A stretch of 56,063 bases of DNA. It comes from Octopus bimaculoides. Lineage: Eukaryota. The notes under the pieces were generated by a model. It was not told where the DNA came from. It did not search any database and saw only the letters and a list, made by a program, of their open reading frames with translations. Positions 1-10,700 of this stretch are shown here, piece after piece; the first letter of the stretch is position 1, and each line of letters starts with the position of its first letter. Where the stretch lies: positions 126,083,345-126,139,407 of the forward strand of contig NC_068982.1 in assembly GCF_001194135.2 (NCBI RefSeq). Reading direction: 5' to 3'. The position numbers and the translations under genes were made by a program.

Positions 1-535
1 CTCCTACATCACTATTCTCTCTCCTACACTGTCTTGTGACACGAAATACCTCAAGTCTTTGGTCCTCACGGCGCAGAACATTGGCAAATCTTTTCTTATC
101 TGCCTCCCCTCTGGCTAAATAAACCTGTCACCTAGCTTCCCTTCTGGCAGATTGGTACAATTCCCTGCTACCACCGTTCTTCCAGTCCTTCCAAGCCTGT
201 TTCTTTTGTCTAATAGTCCTGTCTACCTCCTTGTTCCACCACCACGTTATTTTGGGTCGAGAAGGGACTTTGCACCAACCACAGATCTCATTGGTGGCCC
301 TCAGCAGGTTGTCCCGTAGAAACGTCCAGTTGTCCTCTACATTGTGTGAAGCTACATCCCCCTCTATTTCGTCAAAGGCTTCGAGTAATAGGTCCCTAAA
401 TCTCTGTCCATTTGCAGGATCTTTGAGCTTCCATACCCTTCTCCTCCAAGCTGGTCGTCTTCTGGGCAGCCACTTAGCTCTGATCCTAAAGTCACTATCT
501 ACTAGTCTATGTTGTGGGGTACATTCTTCGCCTGG
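1..535 (-). mobile_element. RTE-type LINE fragment (region between endonuclease and RT)
   Basis: ORF 128..670 gives VWKLKDP...NWTFLRDNLLRATNEICGWCKVPSRPKITWWWNKEVDRTIRQKKQAWKDWK, the WWN-containing linker typical of RTE LINEs. The frame continues to the window edge. The ORF's N-terminus is microsatellite read-through. Confidence 0.85.
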
Positions 536-983
536 GATGTGTGTGTGTGTGTGTGCATGCATGCATGCATGTGTGTATACTTGTATATCTACTAATTTAT
601 ATGTATATCTGTTAAACACAATCCTGATGTCCATATAGAAAATTTGATGTTTACTATAATTATCTTTCATTCAATTCATTGTTTTGCCTTTTCTAAAACT
701 ATAATTAATGATGAAAATTGTATTTAAATTCAGTAATCTATTTGATCCAAATATTTTTAACTGAAATAATTGTACTCTATTAATATATTAATATATAAGC
801 ACATTACATATAATATCGCACTATAATTCAGATTTTAAAATATATTTTTCCTAATTTAATATTTAAGTGTAATAAACTTTATATGTTGTTAATATAGATA
901 CATGCATACTTATATATATATGAATATGTATATTTACATATATCTATACACAAATATAAATACATACATGCATACATATATTT

Positions 984-1020
<37 letters not shown>

Positions 1021-1184
1021 GATAGACAAATTGTGCTTAACTGATACACACAATTATGCATATATATCTATATTTATGTGTATATGTGTGAGTGTGTGTA
1101 TCTATCTATCTGTCTGTCTGTCTATCTATCTATCTATTTATCTATCTCTGTATGTATGTATGTATCTATCTATCTATCTATATA

Positions 1185-1470
1185 TCATCATCATCATTGT
1201 TTAACATCCGCTTTCCATGCTAGCATGGGTTGGACGATTTGACTGAGAAATGGTGAAACCAGGTGGCTATACTAGGCTCCAATCTGATTTGGCAGAGTTT
1301 CTACAGCTGGATGCCCTTCCTAATGCCAACCACTCAGAGAGTGTAGTGGGTGCTTTTACGTGTCACCCGCATGAAGGCCAGTCAGGCGGGTACTGGCAAC
1401 GGCCACTCTCAAAATGGTGCATTTTATGTGCCACCCGCACAAGAGCCAGTCCAGGGGCACTGGCTGTCCA
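1185..1470 (-). mobile_element. RTE LINE 3' UTR fragment (repeat family A)
   Basis: (CAT)n tail, then tttaacatccgctttccatgctagcatgggttggacg...ctacagctggatgcccttcctaatgccaacc; same family as the copy at 25893-26490. Confidence 0.85.
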
Positions 1471-1496
1471 ACCCATGCAAGTATATATAGCCTCCT

Positions 1497-1690
1497 CTGG
1501 CCCTGTGCCGGTGGCATGTAAAAAGCACCCACTTCACTCTCGGAGTGGTTGGCGTTAGGAAGGGCATCAAGCTGTAGAAACACTGCTCAATCAGACTGGA
1601 GCTTAGTGCAGCTTCCTGGCTTCCCAGACCCCAGTCAAACCGTCCAACCCATCCCAGAGGACGTTAAACGATGATGTTGATCATGATGAA
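1497..1690 (+). mobile_element. RTE LINE 3' UTR fragment (family A), inverted relative to 1185-1470
   Basis: ggtggcatgtaaaaagcaccc...ggttggcgttaggaagggcatc...gtccaacccat...gacgttaaacgatgatg. Confidence 0.85.
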
Positions 1691-1843
1691 AATATAAATA
1701 TTATTAAAATAACATTAATACCTAGCAAGAATAAAGCTTTAAATATATATATATATATATATGTAAACACACATATATATAGATACATAGAAATGCATAA
1801 ATGTATATAGCTGTATGTATGTATGTTCATGCATGTATATATA

Positions 1844-1876
<33 letters not shown>

Positions 1877-2465
1877 GCGAGTAAAAATAAATACAAAAAA
1901 AGGGGGGGTTTTTGTATGATTGTGTATAGAGGAATATATTATTTTGTTTAAAAGAGTTCCAACACTGTCTGTTTTTTATGTTTTATTTATATTCCTGCAA
2001 AACCAATGTGGGATATAGAATATGGAATATACAATATATAATATAATATACAATTTATAATATAAAATAAAAATGAATGGTACTATGAAATAAAGTATTG
2101 AATGTCTTATTGAATATATGGAATATGTCTTATTGAATAGATGAAATATTGAGTGTTCAATATAAAGGATTAAATATATAAATATATAACACTCAATATT
2201 TCATCTATTCANNNNNNNNNNNNNNNNNNNNNNNNNNNNNNNNNNNNNNNNNNNNNNNNNNNNNNNNNNNNNNNNNNNNNNNNNNNNNNNNNNNNNNNNN
2301 NNNNNNNNNNNNNNNNNNNNNNNNNNNNNNNNNNNNNNNNNNNNNNNNNNNNNNNNNNNNNNNNNNNNNNNNNNNNNNNNNNNNNNNNNNNNNNNNNNNN
2401 NNNNNNNNNNNNNNNNNNNNNNNNNNNNNNNNNNNNNNNNNNNNNNNNNNNNNNNNNNNNNNNNN

Positions 2466-2516
<51 letters not shown>

Positions 2517-2649
2517 CACATATGTATACACAAGCTTCGTTTGTTTATTTACGTTTGTCGTAATTTGAATTTAACACACATATATGTATATATGTGTATG
2601 TGTGTGTGTGTGTGTATGTATGTGTTTCTATAATTTTCAGGATCCAATA

Positions 2650-2684
<35 letters not shown>

Positions 2685-2939
2685 CACACACACAAATATG
2701 TATAAAGCTTAGTCATGATTTCTCAGTATCTGTACATTTGGTTCTAGCATTCAGATTTCATAATTTATTAGAAATATTTAGTTCAGTATCTTTGAAACAA
2801 TCTTTGCAACTCTTGTGAAAATAAATCATGACTCAAATCTATGGGAAAAAGTAATATTTGCGAATTATTGATCTTTTAAGAAAAATTTAACTGAATCTAA
2901 CCATTTGTCATTTTACACAAACTGAACGTTAACTGAACT

Positions 2940-3120
2940 TATGCATCCATAATATCCATGGCAACCAACATGGTACAATTTAACTAGCTGAACTATACCT
3001 AGCATTTATAATGCATTAGTTGTGCACGCAGAATGTTCACCTACTCTCGGTGGCTTGTGACGCACTACCAACCCACCTGAATGCTTGAAATCCTGAGTTC
3101 AAACCGTCTTAACGTTAATT
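2940..3120. promoter_or_regulatory. Possible promoter segment with an RFX X-box-like motif
   Basis: ATATCCATGGCAAC at 2952-2965 (11/14 match to GTTGCCATGGCAAC), followed by a unique segment with several CpGs in CpG-poor surroundings. Confidence 0.25.
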
Positions 3121-3567
3121 TAGAGGCTTTGTGTTTTGTAGACAAAACATCAGATATTTTTGTTAGTTAATTATGGAATGTATTTTGTTTGTTTTTTTCT
3201 CGTTGCAAAGTGACATTTTCTGTAATGTTTTCTGATTAAGCTATTTAGATAATAACTAAAACTTTTTGGTTTATTATTAAAGTAATTAGTTTATTAAAAA
3301 AAAAAATTTAAAAAAAACCTGTCCATCCAATCACTAAGTAGTTTAGATAATAACAACACCAACAATCATCGTCATCATCAACATCGTTATTATTAAACTG
3401 TTAGATTTATTACCAAACTTTACACTTCATTTAACTTTTATTTCATAATTAATCTGTTCACCTTACTGATAATCTACTCTGTCTGTTAGTATACTGTTTG
3501 TTGAGTTTTCGTAAAGGTAGTTTGGGTACTCATGTGTTCTGTGATTATCTGTTTATGCATTGCTCTT

Positions 3568-3619
<52 letters not shown>

Positions 3620-3742
3620 CCTCTCTCTCATTCTTAAACATGTACACATTGGTAATTAAGCAAAAAGTGAATTATAAAACTATTCTAATTAATATATGAG
3701 TGTATTAGAAGGCAAAAAATTAACTGCAAATTAAGCTATCAT

Positions 3743-3778
<36 letters not shown>

Positions 3779-3989
3779 TTTACATTTTGTATTGGGTTCT
3801 GTATTACATAATTTTAAATCCCCCCTTTAAAATATACCCCTACATGGCAAGTTTTCTATGTATGCATTGGTCTGCTCACCTATGTCTGTATGTGTGTATG
3901 TTATCAGTTAGTTATCCATAAGTGAGAAAAGAGAATACTCATTATAAGAAATAGAAATATAGTGCTTATATCTTTATATCGTTGAGAAA

Positions 3990-4169
3990 TATATTACTGG
4001 TTATGGCATATAACTCATTAGTATGTTACCATTGATTTCATGCCGACTATTGCAATTAGCAGAATCGGCAATTGTTAGATATGCTGGCCATCAGTATTGC
4101 CAAGCACAATAGTTGGCACAGAACCAATAATTGCATTCCAACAAATTATACATTAGAACCAGTAATATA
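3990..4169. repeat. Small MITE-like element or nested hairpin
   Basis: 13-bp inverted termini tatattactggtt (3990-4002) and aaccagtaatata (4157-4169), plus an internal inverted pair gccgactattg / caatagttggc. Confidence 0.35.
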
Positions 4170-4185
4170 CTGTACAACAATATAA

Positions 4186-4222
<37 letters not shown>

Positions 4223-4436
4223 ATATATATATATATAAGGTTGAGGAGGGTATTGGATTTAACCAAACCCAGGCGGATACAGGTAATACTGAGTAAGTGC
4301 TGTATACCGATTAGTTTGCCCCAGTCGTTGTATGAACAAGATTGGGTATTATAAGTCGTGTATTAGCGTGTGTATATGTAAATATATAAAAACAAAAAGA
4401 TAAAGAGACATATATATATATATATATATATATAAC

Positions 4437-4860
4437 CATCATCATCTAAAGTCTGTTTTCTATGCTGGCATGGATTGAGTTGTTTGACTGAGGTCTGGAG
4501 AGCCAGTGGCTGCACCAGGCTCTAATCTGATCTGGCAATGTTTCTACAGCTGGATGCCCTTCCTAACACCAACCACTCCGAGAGTGTAGTGGGTGCTTTT
4601 TACATGCCACCTGCACAGGAGCCACTCAGGTAGGCCTGGCATTGATCATGTTTGGATGGTGCTTTTTACATGCCACTGGCATGGGAGCCGATCAGACGGA
4701 CCTGGCATCGACCACGTTCGGATGGTGCTTTTTACATGCCACCGACATGGGAGCCAGTCAGCGGGCACTGACCACAGCTACGATATTGGTTTTACTTGAC
4801 TCAACAGGTTTTCTCAAACATATATCACCCGATGCATCAGGGGTATTCTTAACATGTGTG
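4437..4860 (-). mobile_element. RTE LINE 3' UTR fragment (family A), older copy
   Basis: (CAT)n tail, ctacagctggatgcccttcctaacaccaacc, and three gtgctttttacatgccac subrepeats. Confidence 0.8.
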
Positions 4861-4874
4861 GCTGTGATCTCATA

Positions 4875-4935
4875 ATGTGGTGCTCCAGCCTGGCTGCAGT
4901 TAAATGACTGAAACAAGTAAAAGAATAAAAGAATA
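4875..4935 (+). mobile_element. SINE 3' tail fragment (family B tail)
   Basis: gtgctccagcctggctgcagttaaatgactgaaacaagtaaaagaataaaaga matches the tail at 27315-27375. Confidence 0.6.
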
Positions 4936-5124
4936 TAGAACTTTTTTTTGGAATTATGTCTTCTAGAATCCCCAACTTTTGATTTGCAAAACTGATGGGT
5001 TAAATGATATTCCATGAGGTAGCCTACCTGATGATCCATATAACTCAATGTAAATGCAAGAAGACTTGTTCCATACACTTTAACATTGGTTGAGTTCTGT
5101 TGTATACTATATTGGCATACTGTT

Positions 5125-5403
5125 GGTTATAATGATACAGGTTCCACTTTATCTGATCAATGGAACAGCCAGCTTGTGAAATCAATGTGCATGTGGATGA
5201 GACATGTACTCTTAACATAGTTCTCAGAGAGATTCAGCGTAACACAGGATGTGACAAAGTTGGCTCTTTGAAGTACAGGTATAACTCATTTTTCCCAGCT
5301 GAGTGAAATAAAGTGTCTTGCTCAAGGACACGACACCTTTGGGAATTGAACTCATAACCTTATGATCATTAGCTGAATACCCTTAGTCACTAAACCATGT
5401 GCC
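5125..5403 (-). mobile_element. tRNA-derived SINE sharing its 3' half with family E
   Basis: Minus-strand head ggcacatggtttagtgactaagg...gagttcaattccc, then gtgtccttgagcaagacac. The 3' half resembles 29098-29280. Confidence 0.7.
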
Positions 5404-5790
5404 GTCTGTTGTATACTTCTCCTATAAATAAAATTAGCATGAAGAATCTCTATCCAATTTAATCTCTTTCACTTTTAGTTCAGATATTGTTTCTTAAAGT
5501 GAAACCTCAACATATTATTTCAATAATTTAAAACTTCTCAATTTGTATAGCAGTAAAATTATCTCAAACCAAACACAATCTCTGATTAACAGAGAAAGCC
5601 AAACCATGACTGATAACTTTGATAATGATCATTTTTTTTTTTTGTAATATTTTCAATATATCACATTTTGGAATATCATAAGAACAAACAGCTGAGCCAA
5701 ATATTTCACATTGTTATACACAACCTTCAGTCCTTGAATAAGTATTATATTTTTAGTTTCTGACTTAGTAACCTCTGACACAGCATATAT

Positions 5791-6191
5791 GCATACATGC
5801 ATACATACATACATACAAACAAAGATAGAACCTTGTATCTTGGTTGGAAACAGGCTTCCCCCTCAGTAGAAGATAATTAAAAAAAATAGAAGCAATACAT
5901 ACATACATACATACATACATACATACATACAAACAAAGATAGAACCTTGTATCTTGGTTGGAAACTGGCCCCCTCCTCAGTGGAAGATTTATGATAATTA
6001 AAAAATAGACGAGACATACATACATACATACATACATACATACATGCATTCCAAATGTGAATTTGTCTGTGTTAAGTACATCCCAAAGATGGAGCCTTGT
6101 ATCTTTGTTGGAAACTGGCTCCCTCCTCAGTGGAAGAGTTATAATAATTAAAAAATAGAAGAGACATACATACATACATACATACATACAT
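5791..6191 (+). repeat. Tandem array of three RLE-retrotransposon 3' tails, each followed by (CATA)n
   Basis: Units at about 5817-5895, 5931-6014 and 6048-6164 share ccttgtatct..gttggaaac.ggc..cctcagt.gaaga...ataattaaaaaatagaag. Unit 3 matches the reverse complement of 30868-30945. Confidence 0.8.
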
Positions 6192-6199
6192 ATGCGTGT

Positions 6200-6245
<46 letters not shown>

Positions 6246-6707
6246 TTAAATCAGGAGATCAATGTTAAATGTATTAATATCAGATGTAGAATAGTAAGTT
6301 TTTATTTTATATTTAAATATTTTATGATTTCAGAATAGTACCTTGCTATGATAACGAAATGTGTATCTGGCTTTTCTGAGCAGTCAATTGTTTAAATTAT
6401 TATTCTGTGTTAGTTGTAAAGATTTCCTATACTTTGTTAGATATTTTCATTCTCACATGTTCAGTTGCATCTTTTCTGGTTCAGTTGTGTGTATGTATGT
6501 GTGTATGTGTGTGTGTCCTTAAAAGTGTTTTTGGTTTGACCAGTTTAAGATGAATTACCCCTTGGGGAGATCTTGATTGATTCAGTTAAGTTTAGCTGTA
6601 GTCTAGTAGACATATGGAATTTTAAATATATAATACTTGTACTTTATATTAAGTGTGTTATTCTGTTTTGAATTTGTGCCTTCAACTTAAAGAAGAGCTC
6701 TGGTAGT

Positions 6708-6931
6708 TTAACCCTTTAGCATTTAAACTAGCTATAACCAGCCTATATATTTTACCCATTTTTCAATCAAACTGGCCAGATTTGGCTTCTCACACCCATG
6801 CTACAATGTCATCTTAAAAGTAAGCTATCACACCATCAAAATCTTGAAACTATGAGATAATGCATGATAAATTCAAAACAATGTGAATAAATAATTAATA
6901 CATTTGATAACCTGAACACTAAAAGTTTCAA
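6708..6931. mobile_element. piggyBac-type MITE (TTAA-CCC terminus)
   Basis: Starts ttaaccctttagcatttaaa. The internal sequence is shared with 17223-17867, which keeps the matching end gaatgctgaagggttaa. Confidence 0.65.
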
Positions 6932-7884
6932 TCAGTAGTTCTCAATGTTTTGTGGGTCAGTGACCCTTTCATTAAGTGACATTGTACAAAATCCCTGTCC
7001 ACATGATTTGTTAACAAAGAAAAAACAAACAGCAAATTATTTTCATGAAACAGAAGCTAATTTTGTTTAGGGGTTTATTATTCATATTTCCTTCTACTAT
7101 CCCTTCCCATTATGTGCCTCTTTTTAGATATTTGCTTGGACTAGTGCCTTCTGTGTTAAATTCTTGTAAAAATTACTTAAGAAATTATATTGGATCTTAG
7201 TGCATCATCAGTCATGTTTCTAATCACAACAATTTTTTGAAAATGTGTTAAAAATATATGTATTGTACTTTAAATATTTTAGAAAAATCTTGACCTTATT
7301 CTAAACACCTATCACTCCCTTGACATTTACCAAGCCCTTGTGAATTCACAATGCCTCTAAGGGAGTAGTACTACTCAGGTTAAAAACAACTGGTTTAGAT
7401 AAATACACTAAATGCCTATTTATACTACAAAATAGTCATTGTAGATCTGTTCCTTTGTTTTATTCTAAATGAATAATGCAAAAATGTATATCAATATTTC
7501 AATTTATATATATCTTGAACATTATTGCAGCTTTGTGTCAGGGATGAGGGAATAACATTAAAATGTTCAAAATTAAAATTATAAATATTCTGATAGTTTT
7601 GTATTTTGAACATTGCAATATAGTCCTTTGATACTCAACTCTTTTTTTGTTGATTACAAAACCCTCTTATAATGATATATATCTTATATCAAGAGCTTAA
7701 TGCAATCGTTGTAAAAACTAGTTTTGCATTTAATATCAAATATTAAATGTAATGTAGTAGTTTCATATGAAACATTTTACACAATTCTATTTCTTAAAAT
7801 TAAGCTCTTGTATAATTTGAACCAAATGACACATTTATGGAAATACAGTATATATCTGATATTGACTATAAGATAGCCCACTAG

Positions 7885-8085
7885 CTAACCCTTTCATTAC
7901 CGCATTTTGCTCAAATACAGTCAAATACAGTCTTTGTTTCCATTAATGTTTTAAAACAATGAAGAATTTAATAAAATATTATCGTCATTAAGCTAACATG
8001 AAATTTTTATGGAAGATTTTAATTCAGATTATTTTAGAACCGGAGATTTATAGCATAGAATTAAGAGTGGTCTGAGACAGGTTAG
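7885..8085. mobile_element. Second piggyBac-type MITE family, degraded
   Basis: Starts taaccctttcattacc; body resembles a recalled abundant TTAA-flanked octopus repeat; right end decayed. Confidence 0.4.
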
Positions 8086-8156
8086 AATGTTTATATTACT
8101 ATTCCAGTGTGGGCAAGAGTTCAATCCCAGCATTAAACAAATAATATATTTTGTAG

Positions 8157-8342
8157 TTCAAGCAAAATCAGCAAACTACATCACAGGTAAGAGAATAACT
8201 AAAGGAGAATATCTCTGATTTGGGTAATGGAATTAGAACAATGTGTCTTCATAGATTTAAGGGTTGTTTTAGAAATCCCAAGAACGTTACTGAATATGAT
8301 AGGCATCTAAAGAAAGCCACAGGACTTGATGATCAAAACATT
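8157..8342 (+). CDS. Candidate exon pair 8157-8186 and 8255-8342, unknown product
   Basis: ttttgtag/ and AG/gtaaga; cttcatag/ and ATT/gtaagt. Spliced frame is open: SSKISKLHHRFKGCFRNPKNVTEYDRHLKKATGLDDQNI. No homology recognised. Confidence 0.3.
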
Positions 8343-8445
8343 GTAAGTAAAACAACCAAATGAGAACGCTAGTCTAAACATGTCAGTGGATAATAAAATA
8401 TCCTTCATTCAAGACTGTTTTGACTGAGTTATATATTCTAACATC

Positions 8446-8610
8446 TGGCCATGTGGTTAAGAAGCTTGCTTCCTAACCATGTGGCCTCTGGTTCAGTACC
8501 CTGTGCAAGAACTGGGGTTCTACTACAGCCCTGGAATGACCAAAGCCTTGTGAGTGGATTTGGAGGACAGAAACTGAGAAAAGTTTGTCAATACATGTGT
8601 GTGTGTGGAG
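8446..8610 (+). mobile_element. tRNA-derived SINE family B
   Basis: tggccatgtggttaagaagcttgct...ggttcagtaccc...caaagccttgtgagtggatttgg...gaaactga, followed by (TG)n. Confidence 0.75.
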
Positions 8611-8784
8611 GGGGGTGCTTTGATTCATCGTAGATTGAGCCAGTATTGCATGAGTGTCCTGTTTCTTCACAGCATACACAATAAATGCAAAACACCACAT
8701 TTCACATCAATTACTGACCACACAGATGACCTTCATGATAAAACAAACACTGTTCAAAATGAAAGACCACTTGGACATGCAAGG

Positions 8785-8960
8785 TGGAAGCCCGTGGCTT
8801 TGTGATTAGGGTATTGGATTCATGATCATAAAGTTGTGGTTTTGATTCCTGGGCTGAGCAGTGCATTGCTTCTTGAGCAAAACATTGCTATGGCATATGC
8901 GCTTGTCCAAGATACCTTTCTGTTGCAAAGCAAACTTCTTAACCACACTGTTATGCCACT
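8785..8960. mobile_element. Two convergent SINE head fragments
   Basis: Plus-strand tRNA-like head gtggctttgtgattagggtattgg...ttgagcaaaacatt, then a minus-strand family B head (aagcaaacttcttaaccacac). Confidence 0.5.
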
Positions 8961-9295
8961 ATATGCATATACACGTCTGTACACATTTATGATACACTAA
9001 TTCCACTATCCCTTCTATTCAGTTGAGATAAAGAAAAACAAATGCACAAAAACAGCAGTTTGCAAAAGCAATGTTCTTGGATTTCTACAGTGCATGTCAG
9101 AAAGTATATTTTCTCCTACAAGATAGAAACTTAGAATATCTTGGGCAGTAGACACACACACCACAGATATTCTAGATTTGGTATTACTTGGGCTGAACAC
9201 CAACACATCACAGTCTATCACCCAATTCCACTCTCCAAGGAAATAATCTACTTGGAACTCATGAAAAAGATAGCAATAATAAAAATACCAGGATT

Positions 9296-9625
9296 CATCA
9301 TCATCATCATCATTTAACATCCGCTTTTCATGCTAGCATGGGTTGGATGATTTGACTGAGGACTGGTGAACCAGATGGCTACACCAGGCTCCAATCTGAT
9401 TTGGCAGAGTTTCTACAACTGGATGCCCTTCCTAACACCAACCACTCCAAGAGTGTAGTGGGTGCTTTTACGTGCTACCGGCACAAGGGCCAGTCAGGTG
9501 GTACTGGCAATGGCCACGCTCAAAATGGTGTTTTTTACGTGCTACCTGCACAGGAGCCAGTCCAGCAGCACTGGCAACGATTTCGCTTGAATGTTTTCTA
9601 ACGTGCCACCGGTACAAGTGCCACT
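9296..9625 (-). mobile_element. RTE LINE 3' UTR fragment (family A)
   Basis: (CAT)n tail plus full family A core and subrepeats. Confidence 0.85.
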
Positions 9626-9675
9626 ATTTTAAAATCTCATATAATTTCTAATTAATGATAATTATTATCAATAAT

Positions 9676-9852
9676 CTTTTCTACTATAGGCACAAGGCCT
9701 GAAATTTTGAGGAAGGAGCAAAGTCGATTAAATCAACCTTAGAACTTATTTTATCAAACCTGAAAGGATGAAAGACAAAGTCAACTGCAATGTAGTTTGA
9801 ACTCAGAACATAAAGACAGACGAAATGCTAACGATTCTACCAGCTCACCACA
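9676..9852 (-). mobile_element. tRNA-derived SINE family C (Nin-like central domain)
   Basis: gaaaggatgaaagacaaagtcaac...tttgaactcagaac...gctaacgattctaccagctcacc is the reverse complement of the family C head and core. Confidence 0.75.
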
Positions 9853-10611
9853 TTATTTATCACTAATAATAATATTAACTTTATACTTTATTACTGGAAC
9901 AGTGTCAGCGAAATTCATTTTTCAGCTTCGAAATCATCTCATTATAACTTTACTTTCTATATTCTTTTCCTGTATATATCCTAATCATTTTCAGTTGCTT
10001 CTGTTAGTGACTCAGTCTTTAGTCTCTTTAGTAGAAAATTCTGAAATAATCACATGAACTTTCTTCTCAAACCAAGCTAGCTAACTTCTGCTGCCACCCA
10101 AATGACCCACTAATTCTAAGCTATAAAGGAGAGACACTACTTATTATAATTTTATGGTTAAATCTACAGCCTTCTTCAGCAGAATCTTCTTCATGTTAGC
10201 TGAATTTTAATACAGCTTACGATTGTCTTTCAATATATCATAACAAAGGTATCCTCCAAAGCCACAAAAGAAAGAATCATCTGATAAACTTAAAAGAAAG
10301 ATAACTGAGTTAAATTATTGAATTCCTTCTTGAGTGGCTGGTAGTGTTACATATATACATATACATACAAACACACACATATATATATAATTACACACAC
10401 GCACACAAATACACACACACACAAATACACACACACACATGCACACATATATTTTTCAATCCTCCAAGTATTTGTTTCTGTTTATTTTTATCTTTCGATA
10501 ACATCAACGTATAAAGTATACTATCTCAATAACAATCTCTTTTACCTGCAAGCATTGGCAGTAGTTGTATTATTATTGATATATCAAGACTAAGTTATCT
10601 GCCTCTAACAT

Positions 10612-10643
<32 letters not shown>

Positions 10644-10700
10644 GCAACCACCACTGACAGTAGCTGTACTGTAGCTGATGTACCAACACTGACTTTTCAG

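Noticed and set aside
5791-6191. Repeat-spacer pattern superficially like a CRISPR array
   Set aside because: Eukaryotic context; the spacers are (CATA)n microsatellite and the units are retrotransposon tails.
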